From: an uncultured Poribacteria bacterium
Lineage (GTDB): Bacteria; Poribacteria; WGA-4E; WGA-3G
Length of the DNA stretch: 64,000 bases
Direction of reading: 5' to 3'
NCBI GenBank assembly: GCA_958296135.2
Contig: CATQHZ020000001.1
Location: 4,928,001-4,992,000 of the forward strand
Positions 27,045 to 37,038 of the stretch are shown here, in pieces. The notes below the pieces were generated by a model, which was given only the letters and a program-made list of their open reading frames with translations, was not told the DNA's origin and made no database searches. Every line of letters begins with the position of its first letter. Position 1 is the stretch's first letter. The translations under genes were made by a program, and so were the position numbers.

Positions 27045-27959
27045 TCACGCGCCAACATTGACAACCTTCAAGGAGAAGTGCGTCCATACCTCATCAAACC
27101 CCTTGTCGCCGAGATACGTGCCGCCGTATGCCGCGACGCGATACGCCTTGCCGGTCGCCGCGCTTAATTGCTCGGCTATCTCAAACAACTCGCTTTCGTG
27201 CCGCGGACGTTCCGGGGCAGTGACGCGACATTTGAGAAAGTTCGGGGGCTGCGAGTGGCGTTCGTCATACGCGAGATGAGCGTAGTCCTTCAAAATCGTT
27301 TGCAGCATCTTCGGCGTTTCACTGCGTCTGCGGATGAGGGCTGCTACGGCTTTCTGGGAGGCTTCTGCCAGCACCTTTGGCGGCGTTGCTGCGGGTGTCC
27401 CGTTGCAGTGCCTGAAAGCAAATTCCTGCCACTCTTCCTCAGCATTGTCGCCGTTTGAATAAGTTGCGCCGTAGGATGCCACCTGATAGGGCTCCCGGGT
27501 CAGAGTGCTAAACCGGCGGGTTATCTCAAAGAGAGCCCGAGGATCCGCCGGGAAGTTCGATGCTAGCACACGACATCTTAAGAGCGTCGGCGGTTCCGAG
27601 CCGCCTTCATCGTATTCAAGGTAGTCGTCATCCGCCAAGAGAGTTTGGAGAGTTCTCGGTATATTGTCTCGTCGAACGAGTTGAACAATCTCCGCTGCTG
27701 CCTCCCGCAGATTTTCGTTTAACTCCTGCCGAGAGATGCCATTGAGTTCATCATCTTCAAGCGTCGCGATGAAGATGCCTTTGCTTAGATCCATGGGGAA
27801 CCCGCTTTTTTGCGCAACGCCATCGCGGGCATACCGGACACGCCCGCCAAAAGTCGGGCCGTACTTCCGGATGTCAAGAAATTCCATCCGAAGAAACGCG
27901 ATGGAATTCCTTTCTTTGACCTCTTTCAGGTCAACGAGACGCATTTCAAATCGGCTCAT
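27045..27959 (-). CDS. Hypothetical protein: novel N-terminal domain plus two ~90-aa tandem domains; candidate partner of the upstream ART-like gene
   Basis: N-terminal IAFLRME...YGP..G.VRYA..G..Q..GFPMDL.K.IF is shared with 43939..44340. Repeat LQT.L.D...L.YDE..S.PP..L.CRV.A...LFEI....S..T...Y.VA.YG.TY occurs twice. Confidence 0.75.
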   Translation of the reverse strand: MSRFEMRLVDLKEVKERNSIAFLRMEFLDIRKYGPTFGGRVRYARDGVAQKSGFPMDLSKGIFIATLEDDELNGISRQELNENLREAAAEIVQLVRRDNIPRTLQTLLADDDYLEYDEGGSEPPTLLRCRVLASNFPADPRALFEITRRFSTLTREPYQVASYGATYSNGDNAEEEWQEFAFRHCNGTPAATPPKVLAEASQKAVAALIRRRSETPKMLQTILKDYAHLAYDERHSQPPNFLKCRVTAPERPRHESELFEIAEQLSAATGKAYRVAAYGGTYLGDKGFDEVWTHFSLKVVNVGA

Positions 27960-27979
27960 CGTTATTTCTCCTAGGATAG

Positions 27980-28585
27980 TTAGAAACCTGATTCAGCGAA
28001 CACCTCAAAACGCCGCTCGACCCAGTCCGGAGGAACATGACTGCGGATAAGCATTTCTGCATCCCGTAGCGAATGCACAAGTGTCTTGAACTGCAGTGTG
28101 AGATTGGGCTCGCAAGGTGCACCTGGTCCCGGTGGTTGAGGGTGCCGGCCCACCAGAAAATCCGACATCAATCCGGGGTTAGCAACCCCTAGCAAAAAAT
28201 CGGGAAGCCCGTTGTGCTGGTAAAATGGAACGGCTCCTTGCGAATCGGCGTGGATCGGATGCTGTAAGGTCTGCACTACTTCCTCAACAGGATCCCAGAA
28301 TTGCAGGTCCCGGGACAAATCTTCTTCAATCCTTATTTCGTAAACGTAGGCTGGATTATCGGGGCTCGGATTCTCCTTACCAAAAAACACGGCATAGGTC
28401 CACGCCACTGCATACGAACGAGTCAACGAAATGTAAGGGCTCTCTTCAGTCCCTATCGCGACATGCGTTATCAATGCCTCGGGTGTCAGACCTACTTCCG
28501 GCAAATGCGCCGCAAAACCCACCCGGCGGGAATCGTTTTTATGCCAATGTGTCCCAATCCCCGCGCCTTTATAGAATGTGGGCAT
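27980..28585 (-). CDS. Putative ADP-ribosyltransferase (R-S-E clade-like)
   Basis: N-terminal FYKG, central SPYISLTRS..VA..YA, YVYEI and late DAEMLI...VP motifs line up with CT/PT-like ART folds. AGGAGG RBS before ATG 28585. Confidence 0.55.
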   Translation of the reverse strand: MPTFYKGAGIGTHWHKNDSRRVGFAAHLPEVGLTPEALITHVAIGTEESPYISLTRSYAVAWTYAVFFGKENPSPDNPAYVYEIRIEEDLSRDLQFWDPVEEVVQTLQHPIHADSQGAVPFYQHNGLPDFLLGVANPGLMSDFLVGRHPQPPGPGAPCEPNLTLQFKTLVHSLRDAEMLIRSHVPPDWVERRFEVFAESGF

Positions 28586-28874
28586 AAACCCTCCTTGAGA
28601 AATCTTTTTTCGCGATTGACACCGATGTCCAATTCTGATATAATTTACCGCAAATTGAGTCAAAATGTCAAGTTTTTTTGCCGCTATTTTTTCGTATTGG
28701 CGCAAAGCGTTAGGCAGTTGCTTCTGGGGCAATGACCGGATATTACCAGGTCTGCATGCACCGTTGTTGCCTGCTGCGTTCTTGATGCTATTTCAACGAA
28801 GGAATCGCGGTTAGAAAATCGCTCCTGCCTGAACAGCTGGTAACTAGTACCAGACCTAAAGGAGGTAGAGAAAA

Positions 28875-29282
28875 ATGGCAAACGTAAAACACGCCCTAGT
28901 CGAATATCCGATTCAGGATAACGTGCGGCTTGAGGCGTATTGGCGAGACGATGCCGGCGGGCGCGGCCCCGCAGCATCGCTGTATGTGCATGACGACGAG
29001 ATTATGCGCTTCGACTGCTTCGGCGACGATAACGGACACTGCCACTTCAATCTGCGGCAGACGCGCGGCAGAAGATGGATGTACCCCGCTGGTTCGTTCC
29101 GGGACCACATTCAGCAGAGCCTGTTCGATCTCCGAAACAACCTCGGGTTCTGCCTCCAGACGCACCAAGACGAACGGGTGCAGAAGATGCAGATAGACGC
29201 GGCAAGCCTTGAACAAGCATCGCGCGCAATGGCGGCGCAACTGCTGACATTCGCCGATGAGTTGACAGAGGAACCGGCATGA
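28875..29282 (+). CDS. Hypothetical protein, translationally coupled to nnr
   Basis: GGAGG RBS, ATGA overlap with 29279, SLYV..DEIMRFDCF...GHCH motif. Confidence 0.75.
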   Translation: MANVKHALVEYPIQDNVRLEAYWRDDAGGRGPAASLYVHDDEIMRFDCFGDDNGHCHFNLRQTRGRRWMYPAGSFRDHIQQSLFDLRNNLGFCLQTHQDERVQKMQIDAASLEQASRAMAAQLLTFADELTEEPA

Positions 29283-30895
29283 AGGTTGTCACGGCGGCGG
29301 AAATGCGCCAGATCGACAGCGATACGATAGAACGCATCGGCATTCCCGGCATCGTCCTGATGGAAACCGCCGGGAATGCCATCGTCCGCTCCATCCAACG
29401 TCACTATCCTGACTGCCGGCGCATCAGCATCTTTGTCGGCAAAGGGAATAATGGCGGTGATGGGCTCGTCATCGCGCGGCAGTTGGCGCATGCCGGTTGC
29501 GATGTGCATATTTTCCTCGTCTCTCCCGCGGAAAGTTTTACCGGCGACGCAGCAACGAACCTCCAAATTGCCCAGAATTTAGGGCTGCCGATGGAGGAAA
29601 TCACAGCACCGGTAGAAACCATCTCCCGCGCACAGACAACCGCACCGCATACCGTAGCGCAATGGACTCTGTTTGTCGATGCAATTTTCGGCACGGGACT
29701 CCGCCGACCGGTTGTCGGGAAGATTGCCACGGTGATTGACTGGATGAATCGTCTCCCCGTGCCTACCGTCGCGGTTGACTTGCCTTCTGGGTTGGATGCC
29801 GATACCGGGAAGCCACTCGGCGCGTGTGTTCGCGCAGATAGGACGGTGACTATCGGGCTGCCGAAGCGCGGGCTGTTGTTGCACCCCGGTGCCGAGTTCG
29901 CCGGAAAACTGGAAATTGCAGACATCGGTTTTCCCAAATCGGTTATTGACGCGCAAAATATCGGCGTGAATTGGACAACAGCGCAGGCAGCGACACAGTG
30001 GCTGCCGCCTCGGCCGGATGCCTCTCATAAAGGCAGTTATGGACGCGTCCTCGTCGTCGCCGGCTCAACAGGAATGACAGGCGCGGCGGCTTTGGCCAGT
30101 GAGGCAGCATTGCGCATCGGCGCAGGCATCGTCACCCTCGCAATCCCGAAAAGTCTGAACCCGATTTTGGAGATGAAGCTGTCTGAGGTGATGACGTTGC
30201 CTTTACCAGAAACGGCGGCAGGCAGTTTGGCGGCAGCCGCCGCCGAACCTATCCTCGAATTTGCAGACAAGACAAAATCGGTGATGGCTATCGGGCCGGG
30301 GTTGTCGCAACACCCGGAAACTGTGGCACTTGTCCACCGCTTGGTTCACGCGAAATCGGGATTTAGCATGATAATTGACGCAGATGGGTTAAACGCACTG
30401 AACCAAACCATCACACCTTCTACCGGAGCGCGAGGGCCTGTTCCTCGCGCTCGCTCGAATACTGACATCGTCCTTACGCCGCACCCCGGTGAGATGGCAC
30501 GTTTAATAGGAACAACTATCCCACAAATAGAGGCAGACCGGCTCGGCACAGCACAGAAATTTTCACAGGAATGGGGTGTCACCCTTTTGCTCAAGGGCGC
30601 GCCTACCGTCACCGCGTGTACGGACAGGAGTCTCTGGATAAATTCAACCGGCAACCCCGGCATGGCGACAGCCGGCATGGGAGATGTCCTCACCGGCATC
30701 ATCGCCGGTTTGATGGCGCAAGGGTTGTCAGGCGAAAGGGCGGCTGGGCTTGGCTGTTATCTCCACGGCTTAGCGGGGGACATCGCAGCGGAATCGTTCG
30801 GCATGCATGGATTGACAGCAGGCGATGTGCTAAACGCTGTGCCTCAGGCGATTAAGGCTCAAGACACCCCTGCGAAAACCTCCCGGAGAACGTAG
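29279..30895 (+). CDS. nnr: Bifunctional NAD(P)H-hydrate epimerase/dehydratase (YjeF)
   Basis: GKGNNGGDG, DAIFGTG, AVDLPSG, HKGSYGRVLVVAGS, IDADGLN, LTPHPGEMARL, GNPGMATAGMGDVLTG. Confidence 0.95.
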   Translation: MKVVTAAEMRQIDSDTIERIGIPGIVLMETAGNAIVRSIQRHYPDCRRISIFVGKGNNGGDGLVIARQLAHAGCDVHIFLVSPAESFTGDAATNLQIAQNLGLPMEEITAPVETISRAQTTAPHTVAQWTLFVDAIFGTGLRRPVVGKIATVIDWMNRLPVPTVAVDLPSGLDADTGKPLGACVRADRTVTIGLPKRGLLLHPGAEFAGKLEIADIGFPKSVIDAQNIGVNWTTAQAATQWLPPRPDASHKGSYGRVLVVAGSTGMTGAAALASEAALRIGAGIVTLAIPKSLNPILEMKLSEVMTLPLPETAAGSLAAAAAEPILEFADKTKSVMAIGPGLSQHPETVALVHRLVHAKSGFSMIIDADGLNALNQTITPSTGARGPVPRARSNTDIVLTPHPGEMARLIGTTIPQIEADRLGTAQKFSQEWGVTLLLKGAPTVTACTDRSLWINSTGNPGMATAGMGDVLTGIIAGLMAQGLSGERAAGLGCYLHGLAGDIAAESFGMHGLTAGDVLNAVPQAIKAQDTPAKTSRRT

Positions 30896-31073
30896 GGCGG
30901 GGGCCTGTCCCCCGCCGTGCCAGCTCATCTCCCGTGGCCCGTAGGGCGGGGGCCTGTCCCCCGCCAAGCATCAAGCGCAAGGGACAGACCTTCGCCCTAC
31001 GGACAGCCGGACAGGCCGAGGGGAATTTGGAACGATACATTCGCGAAAATCTTAATTTTTCAAGGAGACATCA

Positions 31074-31856
31074 ATGGAACTCGGATTGACAGGAAAAGTC
31101 GCCGTCATTACCGGCGGTAGCGAAGGAATTGGCAAAGGTATCGCGACGCGCCTCTCCGCTGAAGGCGCGAACGTCGCTATCTGTGCGCGACGCGAGGAAG
31201 TTTTAACGGATGCAGCAGCGGAAATTCGCGCGCAAACAAGCAGCGAAGTCCTCGCAATTCCCGCAGACGTGACAGCTCCAGAAACGCTGCAGAATTTTAT
31301 CGGACAAACCGCATCCCACTTTGGCAAGATCGACATTTTAATCAACAACGCCGGACGTTCGGCGGCAGACGCGTTTGAAGCGACGAGCGACGCAGAATGG
31401 TACGCCGATCTGGATTTGAAGTTGATGGGCGCGGTGCGTTGCGCGCGTTTGGTGATTCCACACATGAAAGCCAACGGTAGCGGTAGAATCATCAACATTA
31501 CGCATCCGGGTGGCAAACAGCCGGGCGCAGGTTCGGTTCCCACTTCTGTCAGTCGAGCGGCAGGCATCGCGTTGACGAAGGCACTCTCCAAAGAACTTTT
31601 ACCCCATAACATCTTGGTAAACACCGTGTGTCTCACCTCTATTAAGAGCGCGCAGGGAGAACGCGCATGGCAGGCGGCGGGTTCACCGGGAACGCTTGAG
31701 GCATATTGGGACGCGCGCGGCGCGGAGCATCCCCTCGGCCGTTTAGGCGAACCGGAGGAAGTAGGCAATTTAGTCGCCTTCCTCGCTTCAGACTGCGCGG
31801 CGTTTATCACCGGCACCGCGATTAACATTGACGGTGGACTCTCCGCAGTGGTATAA
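31074..31856 (+). CDS. SDR family oxidoreductase
   Basis: TGGSEGIG, NNAG, LGRLGEPEEV...FITGTAINIDGG. Confidence 0.9.
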   Translation: MELGLTGKVAVITGGSEGIGKGIATRLSAEGANVAICARREEVLTDAAAEIRAQTSSEVLAIPADVTAPETLQNFIGQTASHFGKIDILINNAGRSAADAFEATSDAEWYADLDLKLMGAVRCARLVIPHMKANGSGRIINITHPGGKQPGAGSVPTSVSRAAGIALTKALSKELLPHNILVNTVCLTSIKSAQGERAWQAAGSPGTLEAYWDARGAEHPLGRLGEPEEVGNLVAFLASDCAAFITGTAINIDGGLSAVV

Positions 31857-31859
31857 GCA

Positions 31860-32052
31860 TCGCGGTTGCAAACCGCACCTCCCAGCCCCTATCGGAACCG
31901 TAGCACGAGGGAAAACCTGTCCCTCGCAAACCCCATCGGCGCGGTTTCAAACCGCGCCTACCATCCCCGTAGGAGAGACCTCCCGGTCTCGATGCCCGGT
32001 AGGAGAGACCTCCCGGTCTCGATGCCCGGTAGGAGAAACCTCCTAGTCTCGA
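31860..32052. repeat. Mixed REP cluster
   Basis: Three tandem gtaggagagacctcccggtctcgatgccc units plus gcggtttcaaaccgcgcctac. Confidence 0.8.
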
Positions 32053-32067
32053 AAACAGAGGAACAAA

Positions 32068-32475
32068 ATGAGCACCTACAAAATTTATCCCATCGCGGCC
32101 GCAGATGCCGCCACCGCCTTCCAGATAGAATTAGATGCACGCGCGCTCGCCGCGGCGGAAGCGATAGAAACCAGCAGCGCAGATGGCGCGCAACGCGAGG
32201 CAATCGCGAAGCAACACCTCGGCGCGGATTATGAGAAAGGCTACCGCGGCACCGCGTGGGACCTGCACGGCATCTCTGCCGGTCTGACACCGGCCCGCTT
32301 GGCACGCATGCTGGAAGCACACGGCGAATTTTTTGACGCGTGCGAAGAACGTGAAACGTTCGATCACAGCCTCATGGTAAATGTTGAGGAAGAATTAGCC
32401 GCGCAGCTAGAAGAGATTCCGGATTCGGTTTTGGATGCGATTGTTGCGGCATACAAGGCTGAACTTTTGGGATGA
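32068..32475 (+). CDS. Hypothetical acidic protein
   Basis: GAGGA RBS, protein-like composition, no recognised motif. Confidence 0.65.
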   Translation: MSTYKIYPIAAADAATAFQIELDARALAAAEAIETSSADGAQREAIAKQHLGADYEKGYRGTAWDLHGISAGLTPARLARMLEAHGEFFDACEERETFDHSLMVNVEEELAAQLEEIPDSVLDAIVAAYKAELLG

Positions 32476-32479
32476 TACC

Positions 32480-33036
32480 GCCCCCTCGCGCTACGATGGA
32501 AGAAGAAAGAGGCCTCATCAAACGTAAGGCGGGGGCCTGTCTCCTGCCTGGCATCAACAGGCCTTTTACCGTAGGGCGGGGGCCTGTCCCCCGCCATGCA
32601 TCGATCACGAGGAACAGGCCCTCGCGCTACGATGGAAGAAGAAAGAGGCCTTAGTGAACGTAGGGCGGGGGCCTGTCCCCCGCCAATGCATCAACCGGCC
32701 TTTTACCGTAGGGCGGGGGCCTGTCCCCCGCCATGCATCGATCACGAGGAACAGGCCCTCGCACTACGATGGAAGAAGAAAGAGGCCTCGGCGCATCAGC
32801 ATCGCGAGGGACAGTGGACATCTCTGCAGCGAGGCTGCAGAGATGACAACGTTTCGGCGTGACGGCCCTCGCGCTACGGTAAAAGGAGCAGTTGCCGCCG
32901 CGAGGAACAGGCACTCGCGCTACGGGGAAGAGGAAAGGTCTCGCGGCGCATCAGCATCGCGAGGGACAGTGGACATCTCTGCAGCGAGGCTGCAGAGATG
33001 ACAACGTTTCGGCGTGACGGCCCTCGCGCTACGGTG
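32480..33036. repeat. Large REP/REPIN cluster
   Basis: Repeated gtagggcgggggcctgtcccccgcc / ggccctcgcgctacg and catctctgcagcgaggctgcagagatg modules. Confidence 0.85.
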
Positions 33037-33185
33037 AAGAGGAAAGATGCCTCTCGGAACAACAAGCGTCCTAAACCCAATCATGTTTTCACTATCCTTT
33101 CTCGGTTCAACTGGCTCTATACAGATAACCCAAACATTCAGGATGCCTTTTCACAACGCGAATTCCCAAAAAGGAGGAAAACGTC

Positions 33186-34667
33186 ATGCTACGCACCCTG
33201 ATCCGCCAAGAATTGCTCGTGCATTTGATGAGCGCGCGGTTTTTCGCCGCCGTCGTGATTACCGTGCTGCTCGTCGTCGCCAATACGTTTGTGTTGCTGG
33301 GCGCGTATGAAGAGCGGCTCGCAAACCATAGCCAGCGAGAAGCGGTGATGCGCGGGAAAATCGCCGACGCACCCACCTACTCGTCTTTAAGGCTAGCAGT
33401 GGCACGGCCCCCAAACCCACTGAGTCTCTTCAGTGCCGGGTTGGACACGCGGTTTGGGAGTGCCGTTGACATCTTTCATACGCAAGTGCCATCCCTTTTA
33501 AGGGTGGGGGCACCGCTGAGCTCAAAGAACCCGTATCTAAACCTCTTTTCGCACATCGATCTGGTGTTTCTCTTCCAAGTCGTGTTGAGTCTGCTGGCAC
33601 TGCTGTTCGCTTATGATACGATTGCCGGCGATTCGGAAGCCGGCACCTTGCGGCTGGTGCTCTCGCATCCTGTCGGGCGCGGGGCCGTCTTATTTGCGAA
33701 ATATCTGGCCGCCATGGTCTGCCTGCTGCTGCCGCTGCTGATGAGTCTGCTGCTCGTGCTGATTCAATGCACGCTTGCCCCCTCGCTGCAACTCGGCCCG
33801 GCGGAGTTTCTACGTATCGGCGGCATCGTGGTGACAACGGTGGTTTACCTGTCGGCGTTCTACCTGATCGGGTTGCTGATTTCCACGACGACGCGCCGCG
33901 CGGCGACATCGCTCATCCTTTGCATGTTCGTGTGGGTGGTTTTGGTGCTAGTCTATCCGAACTGGAGCCGGTTTGCTATCGATCCGATTGGCGATACGAA
34001 TGCCCGCCGCACCTCCGCCTATCAACAGATTGATCAAATTCGGGAAGAGGCAGAACGAGAGGAACGCCGGTTCCTCGCCAACAGCCCTCTGACAGGCAAG
34101 CCGCCGTGGTTTAACATTGACTTTCCCGAATCTCGGCGGATGTTCTGGCGGGGCGGAGCAGACCAGCTCATCGGCAAATTGAGAAACACCGCCGACCCGC
34201 TTGTGCCGCACCTCCAACAGTATCACGCATTCATGAACCAGATGCACATCCGACTGGCAGAAAAGGAGGGGTTAGTGAGACAACAAATGGTGGCGGAAAC
34301 CGAGCTGCGGCGAGCGAGATGGGATGAACGCCTCATGAAACTGAGTCCTGCAAGTCTCTACTCTTTTGCCACCGCCGCCTGGGCCGGCACCGATGTGGAC
34401 GGGATAGTGGATTATCTCCGTGCGACGCGGCGATACCGGCGCACCTACATCACCTATCTTCAGGATAAAGAGGCGTTCGCCAGTCGACAATGGTTTGCTA
34501 CCAACGACGGGCCAGTCGCCTGGTCAGATCTGCCACCCTTCCGCTTTCGGCCGGCCGCAGTCGGTGTCTACGCGCAGCGCGCCCTGCCAGAACTGTTGGT
34601 GCTGTGCTTAATCAATCTCGGCGTGTTCATGGGCACATTTCTTATCTTTGTCAAAATGGAAGTTTAG
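33186..34667 (+). CDS. ABC-2-type transporter permease, type A1
   Basis: PNPLS.F..GLD, NP.L..F..ID..F.F..VLSLL.LLFAYD.IAG..E.GTLRLVL...V.RG..L.AK, multi-TM with large extracytoplasmic loops. Paralogue of 51978..53489. Confidence 0.9.
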   Translation: MLRTLIRQELLVHLMSARFFAAVVITVLLVVANTFVLLGAYEERLANHSQREAVMRGKIADAPTYSSLRLAVARPPNPLSLFSAGLDTRFGSAVDIFHTQVPSLLRVGAPLSSKNPYLNLFSHIDLVFLFQVVLSLLALLFAYDTIAGDSEAGTLRLVLSHPVGRGAVLFAKYLAAMVCLLLPLLMSLLLVLIQCTLAPSLQLGPAEFLRIGGIVVTTVVYLSAFYLIGLLISTTTRRAATSLILCMFVWVVLVLVYPNWSRFAIDPIGDTNARRTSAYQQIDQIREEAEREERRFLANSPLTGKPPWFNIDFPESRRMFWRGGADQLIGKLRNTADPLVPHLQQYHAFMNQMHIRLAEKEGLVRQQMVAETELRRARWDERLMKLSPASLYSFATAAWAGTDVDGIVDYLRATRRYRRTYITYLQDKEAFASRQWFATNDGPVAWSDLPPFRFRPAAVGVYAQRALPELLVLCLINLGVFMGTFLIFVKMEV

Positions 34668-34851
34668 TGTTTCGTCATCCGCAAGGTGTCCGGCGAGAGT
34701 TTTTTGAGCGATACCGGTTCACTTACCCGGCAGGGCTGACATTGGGAAGTCTCGCATTCCTAACATGCAAGAAAAGACAACGTCTTTTCGGCCTGACAAG
34801 GAGCATCCCTTTCCAAGACAACGTCAACCCACCTAAAGGAAATACGAAAAA

Positions 34852-36363
34852 ATGATTTGGCACATTGTCACTCGCGAATTCTTTGACCATCTCAACAGCC
34901 TCCGGTTCGCCTTAGCCACGCTCATCCTCGCGGCGTTAATGGTAACCAACGCCGTGGTGCATCTGCGGCGGCATCCGGAGCAGGTCCGGAAGTACTCCGA
35001 AAGAGTCAACACCGTGCGCAACGCGGTGAAGTCACGGACGCAGCTCTATCTCCTGCTGCAAAAGGGACCGGGCGATTTTCGCAAACGGCCCCCTTCTCTC
35101 GCCTTCATCGCCGATGGCGGCGAGGCATTGCTGCCGGGCCAGATCGGGAGCGGCGGTTCTTGGACAAAGACAACGGGCCCGGGCAACTCGCTAAAAAGCG
35201 TTTGGTGGATGGGATATCCTTACCTCAACCTGAGGGCAATGAGCAGCCTGCGCCCGACAGCAACGAAGATAGATTGGGTGTTTATCATCACCTATCTGCT
35301 TTCGTTCCTCCCGATACTGTTTACCTTTGACGCGCTGTCGGGTGAGCGCGAGCAGGGGACGCTGCGCCTCTGTCTCGCAAACCCGATCTCACGCCACGCG
35401 CTCTTGCTCGGCAAATTCATCGGGGCCCTCCTCGCGGTGCTGATTCCGTTCTATTTCGCCGTGTTGCTCAACCTCGCCATTATCTCCACAGATACTTGGA
35501 CGCAGCTGGACACTGCCGCGTGGGGTCGGTTGGGACTCATTGTGCTCATTGCATCGTGCTATGCCGGCATCTTTATTGCCGTTGGGCTCATCGTGTCCGC
35601 CGCCACCCGAGAGAGCCGGTTAACGCTCATCCTGCTGTTGTTAATTTGGGTTACCATGGTAGTGTTTATGCCCTCTACGCTCGGCACGCTCGCGGCCAAA
35701 TGGATGGCACCTGTCCAAACGCAAAACCAATTCAACAAGGCAAAAGAGGCAGCACTTGATCAGGTCAACGAACCCCTCAAGCAGATGCGGGAACGGCTTG
35801 AAAAACAGTTGCTATCAAGGTACTCCCTCAGCAACCTGCCCAAAATGCCGCGGGCAGCAGCGCAAGCCTTGGTGGAAGCCGAGTCGGCAAAGGTTGTTGA
35901 TGCAGATTTACCGATGCTAGCGGCGCTTGTGAGGAAAGATGTAGAAGTCCGCGAGCGGTCCAACCGCGAGCATCTCGCCGCACAAAGTGCCCAAGTCCAG
36001 CGCGCCAGAGCCATCACTCGGTTCTCGCCCGCCGCCACCGTCCAATACGCCTTGGAGTCTATGGCGGGCACCGGATTTAACCGCCACTTGCACTTTCTTG
36101 ATAGCGTGCGGCTCCATATCCGCCAATTCCGAGACTTCATCGAGGAACGAGAGCGTGCCGATGCAGCCAGTCTTCACCTCATCGGCATTCCGCAAGGCAT
36201 GTCCGAGAAGCCGGTCCCGCCGCAGGCCATCCCGATTTTTGAGGATAAGGTGACGTTCCGAGACACGTTGAACACGGCGATGGGGGATATCCTGTTGCTC
36301 GTGTTATTACTGGGAGGGTGTCTGTTAGGTGCATTCCTCGTCTTTGTCCGCTCGGAGGTTTAA
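34852..36363 (+). CDS. ABC-2-type transporter permease, type B1
   Basis: MIWHI...LNSLRFAL, IDWVFI, FTFDALSGEREQGTLRL. Paralogue of 50404..51828. Confidence 0.9.
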   Translation: MIWHIVTREFFDHLNSLRFALATLILAALMVTNAVVHLRRHPEQVRKYSERVNTVRNAVKSRTQLYLLLQKGPGDFRKRPPSLAFIADGGEALLPGQIGSGGSWTKTTGPGNSLKSVWWMGYPYLNLRAMSSLRPTATKIDWVFIITYLLSFLPILFTFDALSGEREQGTLRLCLANPISRHALLLGKFIGALLAVLIPFYFAVLLNLAIISTDTWTQLDTAAWGRLGLIVLIASCYAGIFIAVGLIVSAATRESRLTLILLLLIWVTMVVFMPSTLGTLAAKWMAPVQTQNQFNKAKEAALDQVNEPLKQMRERLEKQLLSRYSLSNLPKMPRAAAQALVEAESAKVVDADLPMLAALVRKDVEVRERSNREHLAAQSAQVQRARAITRFSPAATVQYALESMAGTGFNRHLHFLDSVRLHIRQFRDFIEERERADAASLHLIGIPQGMSEKPVPPQAIPIFEDKVTFRDTLNTAMGDILLLVLLLGGCLLGAFLVFVRSEV

Positions 36364-36394
36364 GACCAGGGTGGTTCGTCTCGTATCCGAAACT

Positions 36395-36996
36395 TCATGG
36401 CACGGAGGGCGGGGGCCTGTCTCCCGCCATGCATCAACCGGCCTTTTACCGTAGGGCGAGGGCCTGTCCCCCGCCATGCATCAATCGCGAGGGACAGCCC
36501 CTCGCACTACGGGGAAGAGGAAAGTCTCGCGGCGTATCAGCATCGCGAGGGACAGGCCCTCGCGCTACGGTGGCAGAAGAAAGAGGCCTTATCGAACGTA
36601 GGGCGGGGGCCTGTCCCCCGTCAGGCAGCAACCGGCCTTTTACCGTAGGGCGGGGGCCTGTCCCCCGCCATGTCTCGATCGCGAGGGACAGCCCCTCGCA
36701 CTACGGGGAAGAGGAAAGGTCTCGCGGCGTATCAGCATCGCGAGGGACAGGCCCTCGCGCTACGGTGGCAGAAGAAAGAGGCCTTATCGAACGTAGGGCG
36801 GGGGCCTGTCCCCCGTCAGGCAGCAACCGGCCTTTTACCGTAGGGCGGGGGCCTGTCCCCCGCCATGTCTCGATCGCGAGGGACAGGCCCTCGCACTACG
36901 GGGAAGAAGAGCGCGAGAATAAGCCCTCGCGCTACGGGGAAGAGGAAATATACCGCGGCGTATCAGCATCGCGAGGGACAGGCCCTCGCACTACGT
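36395..36996. repeat. Large REP/REPIN cluster with ~195-bp tandem units
   Basis: Repeated gcgagggacaggccctcgcgctacgg and gtagggcgggggcctgtccccc units. Confidence 0.85.
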
Positions 36997-37038
36997 TATA
37001 TAAGAGTCATCGACTTAGCAACTGAAAGGAGAAATACC

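Noticed and set aside
34668-34851. A1-B1 intergenic region as an IS end (tagtgtttcgtcatccgcaaggtgtcc)
   Set aside because: Only a vague resemblance, with no second copy, matching inverted repeat or transposase fragment that I can support.
36318-37025. 235-aa ORF and many similar ORFs (TVGRGPVPR, ARDRPSPYG) over repeat clusters
   Set aside because: They are translations of REP DNA, open in several frames, without RBS or domain features.
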